64,000 nucleotides of DNA from Candidatus Omnitrophota bacterium (lineage in GTDB: Bacteria; Omnitrophota; Gorgyraeia; Duberdicusellales; 4484-171), in contig JAFGQU010000017.1 in NCBI GenBank assembly GCA_016935525.1, forward strand, positions 9,559 through 73,558, read 5' to 3'. This document shows, one piece after another, positions 1 to 9,163 of this stretch. The notes beneath the pieces are model-generated. The model saw nothing but the letters and a program-made list of their open reading frames with translations, had not been told where the DNA came from and did not search any database. How positions within the stretch are numbered: position 1 is the first letter of the stretch; every line of letters starts with the position of its first letter. The position numbers and the translations under genes were made by a program.

Positions 1-24
1 TTTGCAGGGTATATTGGCTGGAAA

Positions 25-612
25 TCAGGCAGTATTTTCAGAAGAAAGGATATCATCAAGAAGGCCGCGGGCCCGCGCGCGGTTGAATATTCCGCAGGTA
101 CATAATCCAGAAAGCCGCTCAACAGCATGTTCCATCTTTACCCGGCCGGCTTTCAGGTCGTTCACGATCTTTTCTACCAGAAACGGCGAAATACAATGAT
201 GCCCGCACATCGTTGTGATTGCGAGTATTCTTTCATCCGGTAACCGTTTTTTATTGCCAAATATTCCCAGGGATATATGCGCCGAATTTAACGGCAACCC
301 TATCCTTTGTCCCATACGGATAATTTCTTCACGGCAGCCGGTAACGACTACCGATATCCCTAATTCAGCTCGTTTTAAGTCAACCAGTACCTTTTCCAGA
401 GAATCCATACTCGTATAGACCGCGTGAAATACCGACTTGCTTTGCCCGTAATTATCGGGATCATGCCGGATACAGATATTGGCAAGTTTTTCAAGATTTT
501 GGCATTTTTCTGACCAAGACTGACCGGAACGTGATTTGGCCAGTAAAGCGATGAGAACGAAATCATTTTTCAGAGAGGTCTCTTTTCCCTGACGATGCAA
601 TGAATGGCTCAT
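25..612 (-). CDS. hypothetical protein, function unknown
   Basis: ORF 25..675. Proposed start is the ATG at 610-612 (MSHSLH...), which forms an ATGA overlap with the stop of the upstream gene. No motif I can assign by eye. Confidence 0.4.
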   Translation of the reverse strand: MSHSLHRQGKETSLKNDFVLIALLAKSRSGQSWSEKCQNLEKLANICIRHDPDNYGQSKSVFHAVYTSMDSLEKVLVDLKRAELGISVVVTGCREEIIRMGQRIGLPLNSAHISLGIFGNKKRLPDERILAITTMCGHHCISPFLVEKIVNDLKAGRVKMEHAVERLSGLCTCGIFNRARARGLLDDILSSENTA

Positions 613-1421
613 CGATCCCCTTCCGACGACGGTATCCCTAACCCTACATTGATCTTCGAATGCGTTGAAGGACACAATCCATATTCAGCTATTTTTTCAA
701 GGACAGGGGTCTCTCCGTGAAGATCAATCGTACTTATCACTCCGACGGTAAATACGGTATCGGTTTGGCGGTCTAACCGTTTGATCAGCTCGAATATGTT
801 ACCGACGTCATCAAAGTTTACTTTACATTCGATGATCGCCGAAAGCACACGTTCTTCATGATATTTTTTTTGCAGATGCCCCCGGGTATCGCGTATCAAC
901 CGGGTCATCGGATTGTCCGGTTCAAAATAAACTCCCAATTGAGCTAACGCGACCGTGAATTGTTCGACTTCTTTCATCGTCGCCCCTATTCCCGGCCGGC
1001 CTACTTCGATACAAAACCCTATTTCTCCCGGCCGATAACGGCCGGTCACATCGTTCGTCTTTATTTCCGCCGTTCCCCGGCCGCTGATCTGAGTCAAAAT
1101 CGAAGTCGTAAATGGATCGCTGAATGTCTCCCGTATCCTTCGGGGGCTCCCCAAATGCGTCATGCCGGGCGTATATCCGGCCAGTATCCTCAAAACTCTG
1201 CCGGTTACCCGCGATATAAAGGGAATGGGTTTACAGGAATACCGCCGTGAGAAAGGGGCCAACGCGCCGGATTTACATATCCGGCTGCGATAACATACGC
1301 CGCATTCAACACAAAGGTCCTGGTCGATACAAACCCCCTTTGGAGTATCCTTAATCGCCTGTACCGGACAATAGGGAATGCATTGCCTACAGTTTTTACA
1401 TTTATTTCCATCAATCTTCAT
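609..1421 (-). CDS. 4Fe-4S dicluster (ferredoxin-type) domain protein
   Basis: N-terminal CKNCRQCIPYCP and CVECGVCYRSRIC cysteine motifs. C-terminal 200 aa unassigned. Confidence 0.5.
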   Translation of the reverse strand: MKIDGNKCKNCRQCIPYCPVQAIKDTPKGVCIDQDLCVECGVCYRSRICKSGALAPFSRRYSCKPIPFISRVTGRVLRILAGYTPGMTHLGSPRRIRETFSDPFTTSILTQISGRGTAEIKTNDVTGRYRPGEIGFCIEVGRPGIGATMKEVEQFTVALAQLGVYFEPDNPMTRLIRDTRGHLQKKYHEERVLSAIIECKVNFDDVGNIFELIKRLDRQTDTVFTVGVISTIDLHGETPVLEKIAEYGLCPSTHSKINVGLGIPSSEGDR

Positions 1422-1451
1422 AGCAACTTATGTTTTCACGGCCGGAACCGG

Positions 1452-2093
1452 TCAGCGATATTTCTTTAAGATCCAGCTGCGGGACGGTTTCCTGAAGAAC
1501 CGGAAAAATATTCCGAATTTGACCGGTTTTGAATCCAGTTTCTTTTTAAATTTAAGTGAAGCTTTATTGAAAAAATTACTGATACTGTAGAAACAGTTTT
1601 TCCCTTCCGCGGTCAATACCTGGTACGTCCGGTACCGCAGATAAGGCGCGATGTTCTTGCCGCGAAACCGTTTATCGGTATACATATCGAATAAATACGC
1701 TTCATTGTTTTTAAGCGGCTGACGGAACAGGCCTGAAGATATCTCCTGAGAATCGATCCAGTTAAAAGCAATTATCTCATCATGATATCTCATACCGAAA
1801 CACCGGTTCCCTTTGGCCCGTCTTGACCGTAACTCTTCAAGCGAAGGCCCGTCCCCGCGTATCGCCGAAATCTTCTCCATCTCGATACTATCGAGAAACT
1901 CACAGGTATACCCTTCAAGCGAAGGTTCATCTACTTTTAAACGGGTACGGTCTACCGCTTCTCTGATGACATAAAACGGCGTGATCTCACACCCAAGTTT
2001 TGTCAAACGGGACTGCAGATATTCCAGGAAAAGCCCGTAACGGAATTTATTGATGAGCCGGTTGAATCTATACCCTAACACATCTGCCGCCAT
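1452..2093 (-). CDS. GNAT-family acetyltransferase-like protein
   Basis: GNAT motif-A-like stretch AYLFDMYTDKRFRGKNIAPYL. The true start may be internal. Confidence 0.4.
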   Translation of the reverse strand: MAADVLGYRFNRLINKFRYGLFLEYLQSRLTKLGCEITPFYVIREAVDRTRLKVDEPSLEGYTCEFLDSIEMEKISAIRGDGPSLEELRSRRAKGNRCFGMRYHDEIIAFNWIDSQEISSGLFRQPLKNNEAYLFDMYTDKRFRGKNIAPYLRYRTYQVLTAEGKNCFYSISNFFNKASLKFKKKLDSKPVKFGIFFRFFRKPSRSWILKKYR

Positions 2094-2096
2094 GAG

Positions 2097-2942
2097 TTAT
2101 TCTACTCCTAAGACTTTACGGGCTTCGTTATGAGAATACGGCTCCCGCCCCATCACCCGGGCGATCCCGATAATACGTTCAATGAGTTCCTTATTGGTCG
2201 CAAGACGGGTCCGTTCATTGTCAAAATAGATATTATCTTCTAATCCGACCCGCACGCCGCCTCCGGCGATAATGCTCATCGCGTTCATCTTAAGCTGGAA
2301 ATCGCCGATACCCCCTACCGACCAGACCGATTCTTCCGGTAATTCTTTGACCATCAATCCCAGGCTTAACAGGTTCGCCTGCGCGCAAGCGATATTACCC
2401 AATATAAGGTTGAAATAGTAAGGCGCCCCGATCAGTCCTTTTTGGATAAGATAGTGGGCATAATTGATCATCCCTAAATCAAAAGCTTCAAGTTCCGGAC
2501 GGATACCGTTTTCTTTCATCTTTTTCGCCAACGCTTGGATCATCTGAGGGCTGCTGATACTTGCCTGTTTATTAAAATTGAGCGAACTTAACGTCAAACT
2601 CCCGAAATCCGGCTTCAATTCGCCGGTTAACTCAAGACATTCGGACCGTTTTTCAAATTCGGAATAGGCGCGGCCGCTGGTAGAAACGCAAAGAACGATA
2701 TCTTTATTTTTCTTGCGGATACCCCCGATAATCTCGCCGTAGATCTCTTTTTTATAGGTAGGTTCTCCGGTATGAGGATCTCGGGCATGAAGATGGACCA
2801 TATTGACGCCCAGGTCAAGGACTTCTAATACCTGTTCGACTATCTCCGAAGGCCGGACCGGAACTTTTTCGGTCATCGTTTTTGTGGGGATCATCCCGGT
2901 GGGAGTGAAATTTAAAATAAATTTACTATCCATAGTTATCAT
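2097..2942 (-). CDS. beta-keto acid cleavage enzyme family (BKACE/DUF849, 3-keto-5-aminohexanoate cleavage enzyme-like)
   Basis: 281 aa. N-terminal FTPTGMIPTK ... VHLHARD ... GEP pattern typical of BKACE TIM-barrels, recalled from memory. Confidence 0.55.
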   Translation of the reverse strand: MITMDSKFILNFTPTGMIPTKTMTEKVPVRPSEIVEQVLEVLDLGVNMVHLHARDPHTGEPTYKKEIYGEIIGGIRKKNKDIVLCVSTSGRAYSEFEKRSECLELTGELKPDFGSLTLSSLNFNKQASISSPQMIQALAKKMKENGIRPELEAFDLGMINYAHYLIQKGLIGAPYYFNLILGNIACAQANLLSLGLMVKELPEESVWSVGGIGDFQLKMNAMSIIAGGGVRVGLEDNIYFDNERTRLATNKELIERIIGIARVMGREPYSHNEARKVLGVE

Positions 2943-2950
2943 TTTTTATA

Positions 2951-2983
2951 GGCCACAAGGTCACATAGTCACACGTCACATGT
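2951..2983. repeat. family A (GTCACAnn octamer array) half-element
   Basis: gccacaaggtcacatagtcacacgtcacatgtc. Confidence 0.7.
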
Positions 2984-2992
2984 CTAATACAA

Positions 2993-3100
2993 ATGTTCAA
3001 TGCAAATTTAGCATTTAGCAATTATCAATTTAAATCCTGTATTCCCGTTCCTATTTTTCCATTGTTAACTGCTAATTGTTAATTGAACATTGCTAATTTC
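2993..3100. repeat. family F (TTAGCAAT-type) inverted-array hairpin
   Basis: Arms 2993-3037 and 3059-3100 are mutually inverted. Arm 2996-3029 is the reverse complement of 45006-45039 with 1 mismatch. Confidence 0.65.
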
Positions 3101-3107
3101 TTATCTC

Positions 3108-3141
3108 TCTCTAACCGCTAGCCGCTGAACGCTATCCGCTA
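3108..3141. repeat. family E (TAGCGGnTAGCG-type) half-element overlapping the last codons of the response-regulator gene
   Basis: ctctaaccgctagccgctgaacgctatccgctattc. Confidence 0.6.
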
Positions 3142-4512
3142 TTCGGCCACTTCTATTCCGTACTTTTTCATCAGATCATAAAAGGTCGGGCGGGTAATAC
3201 CCAGCATTTTTGCGGCAAGGGTCATGTTATTTCCGCTGTCGGATAACGCTTTCTTGATCAGATTGATCTCTAACTCCTGCCGGGCATCTTTTAAGTTAAG
3301 TTTCTCTTTCGCGTCATCGAGTTCATTTTCTTTCCCGAACCCCAGCTCCTGCGGGGTAATCAGGGAGTTTTCCGCCAAGATCACCGCGCGCCTGACTCTA
3401 TTTTCCATCTCACGGATGTTTCCCGGCCAGACGTAACTTTTGATAAAATCTTTCGCTTCTTTAGAAAACCCTTTTATGTCTTTATTGACCGCTTCCTGAC
3501 GGTAATGCTGGAGGAAATGTTTTGCCAGGAGATAGGCATCATCACCTCGTTCCCGCAGGGGCGGCAGTTCGATATTGATCACGCTTAACCGGTAATACAG
3601 GTCTTCCCGAAAACTGCCGTCTTTGATCTTTTTCTTCAGATCGCAATTAGTCGCGACGATCACCCGCACGTCAAGTTCAAGCGGAATATTTCCGCCGACC
3701 CGTTCGATCGTCCGCTCCTGCAGGAACCTTAATATCTTTACCTGCAGGTTAAGGCTCATCTCGCCTATTTCATCCAGAAATACCGTACCGCCGTGGGCGG
3801 CTTCCAATTTTCCGATACGTTTTACGTGCGCGTCGGTAAAAGAACCTTTCTCATGGCCGAACAATTCGCTTTCCAACAGGTTCTCCGGTATCGCGCCGCA
3901 ATTGATGACCATAAACGGGTTCTCGTTACGCGGACTCAATTGATGAAGCGCCTGAGCTACCAATTCTTTACCGGTCCCGCTTTCCCCGGTGATCAATACC
4001 GTCGCGTCGGAAGGCGCGACCCGGCGGATAAGTTTAAAGATATCCTGCATTTTGGGCGAATCACCGATCATACTCTCGAACCCGCCGGCAGTATGGATCT
4101 CTTCATTCAGCCGTTTATTTTCTATTTCGAGTTCCTGCATATGCAGGGCCCGGCGAAAAATGATCTTCAGTTCGTCGATATTTACCGGTTTCAAATAATA
4201 ATCGTCCGCGCCCCTGGTGATTGCCTCCAGAGCCAGTTCTTTTGAATCGTTACCGGTGATCATGACCACTTTCAGAAAAGGGTTGTCGGTTTTAAGCGCT
4301 TCCAGGATATCCATCCCTTCTTTGTTACGGAAATTAGCGCCGTCAAGGTTGATATCTAACGCGAGCAGGTTCGGACGGATCTCTCGCGCGATCGCGAGCG
4401 CTTGCTCTTTGGACGTCGCGGTTTCTACTTCATACTCATCTTGAAGCGCCCATTTAAGCTGTTTCAGTATTCCCTCGTCGTCGTCTACGATCAGGATCTT
4501 CGCTCTTTCCAT
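3139..4512 (-). CDS. sigma-54-dependent response regulator (NtrC family; candidate PEP-CTERM-box regulator PrsR)
   Basis: N-terminal REC domain (ILIVDDDEG...D). AAA+ sigma-54 activator motifs GESGTGKEL and ESELFGHEKGSFTDA. C-terminal Fis-type HTH. Confidence 0.9.
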   Translation of the reverse strand: MERAKILIVDDDEGILKQLKWALQDEYEVETATSKEQALAIAREIRPNLLALDINLDGANFRNKEGMDILEALKTDNPFLKVVMITGNDSKELALEAITRGADDYYLKPVNIDELKIIFRRALHMQELEIENKRLNEEIHTAGGFESMIGDSPKMQDIFKLIRRVAPSDATVLITGESGTGKELVAQALHQLSPRNENPFMVINCGAIPENLLESELFGHEKGSFTDAHVKRIGKLEAAHGGTVFLDEIGEMSLNLQVKILRFLQERTIERVGGNIPLELDVRVIVATNCDLKKKIKDGSFREDLYYRLSVINIELPPLRERGDDAYLLAKHFLQHYRQEAVNKDIKGFSKEAKDFIKSYVWPGNIREMENRVRRAVILAENSLITPQELGFGKENELDDAKEKLNLKDARQELEINLIKKALSDSGNNMTLAAKMLGITRPTFYDLMKKYGIEVAE

Positions 4513-4522
4513 TGTTACACTC

Positions 4523-4559
4523 CTTTAAGTCACATAGACACAAGGTCACAAGTCACACG
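4523..4559. repeat. family A arm (left arm of cassette 1)
   Basis: aagtcacatagacacaaggtcacaagtcacacgtcat. Confidence 0.75.
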
Positions 4560-4910
4560 TCATAAAACATGATAGAACTTCCACAGTAAAGACCCAACTT
4601 GTTTCCTTGCTTTTTCTATATTAGTATATTCTTCATCTCTTAAATAATTCATTTCTTTAGAAAATTCCAGCAGATATTCTGTTTCGAATAAGGATCCTAA
4701 GGCAACATTGGCAAATTGGTTCAGTTCCCTTTTACCCTGTCTACCTGTCCCTTCGACAATATTTGTCGGGATAGACAAAGCCGCTCGGCGCAACTGAGAC
4801 GTAATACCGTATATTTCTTCTTTAGGAAACTGTTTAGTAATCATATAAACTTGTTTTGCCAATTCATTTGCCTTTTGCCAAACTAATAATTTCTTATATC
4901 CTTTCTCCAT
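4560..4910 (-). CDS. four-helix-bundle protein (23S rRNA intervening-sequence protein family, PF05635/TIGR02436; Avd-like), copy 1
   Basis: 116 aa and basic. Family hallmarks W-x-KA...FPK-EE-Y-L-SQLRRAA-SI--NI-EG. About 78% identical to copy 6. Confidence 0.85.
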   Translation of the reverse strand: MEKGYKKLLVWQKANELAKQVYMITKQFPKEEIYGITSQLRRAALSIPTNIVEGTGRQGKRELNQFANVALGSLFETEYLLEFSKEMNYLRDEEYTNIEKARKQVGSLLWKFYHVL

Positions 4911-4963
4911 CGCCCTCTCCTTTCTTTTTCCTGGGCGACATTCGGTTAAAACCTTCCCATCTC

Positions 4964-5013
4964 TGCGTGTGACTAGCCTGCCATAAGGCAGGCGTGTGTC
5001 ATGTGTCGTGTGA
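4964..5013. repeat. family A arm (right arm of cassette 1) with internal GC hairpin
   Basis: gcgtgtgactagCCTGCCataaGGCAGGcgtgtgtcatgtgtcgtgtgac. Confidence 0.75.
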
Positions 5014-6990
5014 CTTTGATGCGGGCATTTCTATCGTAAACGCAGTCCCTTCTCCGGGAACACTTTCTGCCCGCATCGTACCCCCGTGAGCTTCAATGAT
5101 CGTTTTACACTGATAAAGGCCGACGCCTAATCCTTTCTCTTTGGTCGATTGAAACGGCCGGAATAAATGGTTATCGATAAATTCTTTGCTCATACCGCAT
5201 CCGGTATCCTGTATCTTCAGCGATACGGTATTATCGCCGGTTTCGGCCTTTATAGTAAGCGTACCTTTAGTATCCATCGCTTCTATCGCGTTGAGGATCA
5301 GATTGGCTAATACCTTATTGATATAATGGGGATCGGCATCGATAATACCGCCGGGCGCGCATTCTTTGACGACTTCGATGCTCTTAAACCGGTTTTGCCC
5401 GAGCTCCGCGAGCGCCTCATCCACCAGACCGGATACAGCGCAGGGCCGCTTCTGGAGCTGCAGGTCGCCCCGTAAGGCGCGGAACTCTTCGATCAGTCTT
5501 TTCATCTTTTCGATAGTATGTTCAAGCGTGAATAACGCGTCTTTCTGGAATTCGGGATTATCGAATTTATCTTTATTCGCCGATAACATCGAGAGGTTGT
5601 TCACGTAATTTTTCACGTCATGGATGATGAATGAAGAAAGCTTATACAGCGATTCCTTTTTTTCCGCTTCCCGGATCTTCTGATAGGCGAGACAGTTCAC
5701 GATCACACTGGACGCCTGTAACGATAACAATTTAAGAAGTTCCGAATCAAAAAACACTTTCTTTTCAAAATCCAATCCGATGATCCCGATGACTTTTTTA
5801 TCTCCGTATAACGGGGAAACTATCTCCATGTGTTGCGCGTGAAAAAAAGCCGCCGCGCGGGGATATTTATCGCCTAACCCGTTATATAACGTATCGGACA
5901 GGTTAAACGGCGCGGCTTTACGGAGCATCCAATCATAAAATTCCGCTTCAAACGGTATCTGCGCGCCGAAGATGATCACTTTGACCAGACGGGCGTCCAT
6001 TATGTTTTTTACCGCGCGCTCCAGCTTCTCTTCGATCTGGGGCAGTTCGGTGACCAGCGATATCTGGTAGGTGAAATCTTCCCACAATTTCTGCCAATCA
6101 TAGGTCTGCCGGGTAACACTGCGTAAAAAGAAATATTTTATCCGGTCTTTTACGGCCGAAGAGAACACCAGCACGAAAAACACGATGACCAGGAATAATC
6201 CGGTGAGGACCGAGAACAGCACGTTCAGGTTCCAGCCGAACACCTGGAATATCTTGATAAACGCGCCGATAAAAAACAGGTACCCGCCGATCATCGATAA
6301 TGTCAACGAAGTATTCACGGCGGTGTCTTCTTTGACCATCTCGGCCGCGATCCCTCTCCGCGAAAGCGCCAGATAACATGCCGCGCCGATAAAGATACTT
6401 ACCGAAGAATAGAAAAAAATGTCCGCGTTTATGGTTTTAAACAAAAACGCGTAGGTCGCTAAAAACAGGTACGGTACCAATATGAACAACGTCCCCAGGA
6501 ACAATACGCGCACGTATTTTCTACGGCTAAGGGTCATGCTTCGTTCAAGATTGGAAAGGGTAAACGCGAGATTGATGATGAACAGAATAGAAAAATACTG
6601 GGCAAGATGAGAAAGAATAACCACAGAATCATGTTTCTCAAAATAAACGGCAGGATGGATCCATAAAATAAGGAAAAAGATAAGCCCGGCAACACCCAGT
6701 ATCGGCGCAAGGATCATACGGTACATAAATTTCTTTTTCACCGGCAATATCCCTATACTGAAAATAAACCATACAATCGGGAGAATAAACAAGCCGATAC
6801 CGAACAATACGCTCTGGTGAGCCCCTTCCAGGAAAGAAAGCTTGGAACACTCGATGACGGCTACGCTCAAAAGAGCAAACCCCGCAAGGAGATTCGCGAT
6901 ATGCCGACGACGCAGAAAATTATACGCCGCGACGATCAACAATACGACATTGATCCCGGGTACATAGGTAAAAATAAGATTATTGATCAT
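4999..6990 (-). CDS. sensor histidine kinase with large multi-TM N-terminal domain (candidate PrsK-type)
   Basis: At least 8 predicted TM helices in the first 280 aa. HisKA H-box HDVKNYVNN. HATPase_c G-boxes DTGCGM and GLGVGL. Confidence 0.85.
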   Translation of the reverse strand: MINNLIFTYVPGINVVLLIVAAYNFLRRRHIANLLAGFALLSVAVIECSKLSFLEGAHQSVLFGIGLFILPIVWFIFSIGILPVKKKFMYRMILAPILGVAGLIFFLILWIHPAVYFEKHDSVVILSHLAQYFSILFIINLAFTLSNLERSMTLSRRKYVRVLFLGTLFILVPYLFLATYAFLFKTINADIFFYSSVSIFIGAACYLALSRRGIAAEMVKEDTAVNTSLTLSMIGGYLFFIGAFIKIFQVFGWNLNVLFSVLTGLFLVIVFFVLVFSSAVKDRIKYFFLRSVTRQTYDWQKLWEDFTYQISLVTELPQIEEKLERAVKNIMDARLVKVIIFGAQIPFEAEFYDWMLRKAAPFNLSDTLYNGLGDKYPRAAAFFHAQHMEIVSPLYGDKKVIGIIGLDFEKKVFFDSELLKLLSLQASSVIVNCLAYQKIREAEKKESLYKLSSFIIHDVKNYVNNLSMLSANKDKFDNPEFQKDALFTLEHTIEKMKRLIEEFRALRGDLQLQKRPCAVSGLVDEALAELGQNRFKSIEVVKECAPGGIIDADPHYINKVLANLILNAIEAMDTKGTLTIKAETGDNTVSLKIQDTGCGMSKEFIDNHLFRPFQSTKEKGLGVGLYQCKTIIEAHGGTMRAESVPGEGTAFTIEMPASKSHDT

Positions 6991-7963
6991 TTTTTTTATC
7001 TCTGTTCCGGTTTACATACCAGGTAACCATTCGTTTCAATCCTTCCCGCAATTCTATATTCGGCACAAACCCGTCCTGACGGATCTTTTCGGACTTAAAA
7101 TGGGTCGGGGTATTGAATTTTTTAATACGGTAGGCGGTAATAGGGAAATTTATACCGGTGATCTTTCCCAGTATATCGAATATCCCGGCAAAGCACATCG
7201 TCGGCTCAAGCGGCAATCGGCACCGTAACGGCGGATAGCCCAAATGTGTGAGGATCGTTTTTACGATATCGATCGTCGTCATCTGAGGATAATCGGAATA
7301 ATTATACACGTTCAAACCCGGCCCTATACGGTTCATGGCAAAGACGGTCGCATCGACGAGGTTTTCGACATACGCGATAGATTTTATATTTTTGCCGGGC
7401 CCGACAAAAATAAACTGTTTTTTAGCGATCGAGTTTATAAGATTATACATGTTCGCGTAATTTTCCGGTCCGAATACCACCGCCGGGCGGATGATCACCG
7501 CGCTACGTGAGGGGTCCTGTAATACCCAGCGTTCGACAGCGGCTTCCGCGGCAAGTTTCGATTCTCCGTAGGGGCTCACCGGGAACGGCGAAACTTTTTC
7601 ATCAACCGGTACGGTCGCATTTCCGTATACCGCGACCGTACTGTAAAAAATGATCTTTTTAATACCCTCGGCTTCCGCGCGCTCGAGGATAGTACGGGTA
7701 CCCTCGAGGTTTACCCGAAAAAACTCATCCCGCGATACCCCGAAATCGTGATGGGCCGCGGCAAGATGGATGACCATATCGCATCCGGAAAGGACATCGC
7801 CTACCGTATCCCTATCAAGCAGGTCCCCTTGCCGGAAACGGGTAAGACCGCTTCCCGGGTAAGATTCCCGGTCCAGCCCGCTTACGGCATGGCCGTTACT
7901 CGCTAAAGCCTTTACCATGAACTTTCCGATAAATCCCGAAACTCCGATTACAGCTATATTCAT
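6980..7963 (-). CDS. NAD-dependent epimerase/dehydratase (SDR family)
   Basis: N-terminal GVSGFIGK Rossmann motif. YGESK catalytic Y-x3-K. Confidence 0.8.
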   Translation of the reverse strand: MNIAVIGVSGFIGKFMVKALASNGHAVSGLDRESYPGSGLTRFRQGDLLDRDTVGDVLSGCDMVIHLAAAHHDFGVSRDEFFRVNLEGTRTILERAEAEGIKKIIFYSTVAVYGNATVPVDEKVSPFPVSPYGESKLAAEAAVERWVLQDPSRSAVIIRPAVVFGPENYANMYNLINSIAKKQFIFVGPGKNIKSIAYVENLVDATVFAMNRIGPGLNVYNYSDYPQMTTIDIVKTILTHLGYPPLRCRLPLEPTMCFAGIFDILGKITGINFPITAYRIKKFNTPTHFKSEKIRQDGFVPNIELREGLKRMVTWYVNRNRDKKNDQ

Positions 7964-9157
7964 TTATTGCGCTCCGGTCTCTTCTCTCAATATTGTAATC
8001 GCCGCCTCCCGATGAGAGGGGCAACGAAGTGTGTTTAAATAAGGCAGCCAGAACTTTTTGTTTCTACGTACGAATATTTCCGGCAAAAGTTTTCGACGGT
8101 TAAGCTTTCTGAATATCCACGGCGCGTTCATCAAGGAAAGCAGATAGCCTTTACGCACATTTTGGCACACTTTTTTCCATTCCTGCTCTATCTTTTGAGG
8201 ATCGGAGATCGTTTCACAATAAGAATCTATGTTACGCCAATACTCTTTCTCTTCTTCTTGAGACATTAACCGTACCCCAGTAAACCCTTTATTCTGAAAA
8301 TAAGGATATAATTGGGCCTGTTTCACTTTATCGCCGGCAATGATCAATTTGATAAAATATCCCTGGTACCATAACGGCGATTTTCGTTTACCCAGATCAA
8401 ATATAAAATTACCGAGATTATAGAATATCGGCACCCCATGGTAATATTCATACCCGCTGGCGCAATGCGCGTGATGCCCGATTATGGCGGTTACTCCCAA
8501 ATCGGCGAAAAACCGGTACGTCTTCATCATATCCGGACTGGGGAGCGGGTGATATTGATATCCGCCATGGATGACCACCAACTGGATATCGGAATGTTTC
8601 TTTATCTCCCTGATCTGATAATAGTTCAAAACCGTATCCAGCGGCGCGGCTCCCGGCCTATTTTCGGCCGCGATACTGAATTCCTGTTCGGCGACATTGA
8701 GGACCGCGATACGTTTCCCTTTCACTTCCAGATATAAAGGTGTACACGCCGCCTTGAGGTTCTCCCCTATCCCTACGGTTTTGATATTGTTTTGCCGGAA
8801 GATATCCAGTGTCGAACGGATACCGTCAGCCCCCTGGTCGAAGATATGGTTATTGGCTAACGTCACGGCATCAAACATCCCGTATCTTAACGCTTCGATC
8901 ACACCGGGGCCAGCATAAAGGTTCATGCCGGTCTTGGATATCGGACGGACATTTTCGATCAAAGGACATTCAAGGTTCGTGATCGAAATATCTTTATCCT
9001 TCAATACCGGTAAGACATCGTTGAATATTTTTTCGTATTCTTTGTGTTCACAACATTCCTCAATCACTCCTCCGGGATAAAAATCACCGGTCACGATGAT
9101 CCGGATATCCTCCTGATTTCGGCCGGTAGTATCGCTTAAAAAAGAAACTGTTTTCAT
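7964..9157 (-). CDS. CapA/PgsA-family capsule biosynthesis protein (metallophosphatase-like)
   Basis: About 400 aa with a LANNHIFDQGADG-type motif and histidine-rich metallophosphatase blocks. Confidence 0.65.
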   Translation of the reverse strand: MKTVSFLSDTTGRNQEDIRIIVTGDFYPGGVIEECCEHKEYEKIFNDVLPVLKDKDISITNLECPLIENVRPISKTGMNLYAGPGVIEALRYGMFDAVTLANNHIFDQGADGIRSTLDIFRQNNIKTVGIGENLKAACTPLYLEVKGKRIAVLNVAEQEFSIAAENRPGAAPLDTVLNYYQIREIKKHSDIQLVVIHGGYQYHPLPSPDMMKTYRFFADLGVTAIIGHHAHCASGYEYYHGVPIFYNLGNFIFDLGKRKSPLWYQGYFIKLIIAGDKVKQAQLYPYFQNKGFTGVRLMSQEEEKEYWRNIDSYCETISDPQKIEQEWKKVCQNVRKGYLLSLMNAPWIFRKLNRRKLLPEIFVRRNKKFWLPYLNTLRCPSHREAAITILREETGAQ

Positions 9158-9163
9158 CGTATG

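Larger units (their letters stand above)
4523..5013 (-). mobile_element. IVS-like cassette 1: four-helix-bundle gene with conserved 5' leader, bracketed by inverted family-A arms
   Basis: Arms 4523-4559 and 4964-5013 are inverted. The leader ctcctttcttttcctgggcga is shared with cassette 6. It sits between the regulator and kinase genes. Confidence 0.45.

Noticed and set aside
2-199. 65-aa plus ORF at the window start.
   Set aside because: It is antisense to the 25..612 gene. It has an Arg/Ala-rich low-complexity translation from a GC-rich stretch.
3793-4245. This and the other long plus-strand ORFs. Examples: 10838..11170, 15484..15915, 16682..17119, 21782..22153, 23089..23475, 25003..25401, 27807..28205, 29260..29619, 36990..37382, 41139..41617, 52542..52913, 53818..54216, 54343..54669, 56557..56982, 61875..62237.
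   Set aside because: Each lies antisense inside a minus-strand gene with clear family motifs. They have no recognisable motifs and have low-complexity translations.
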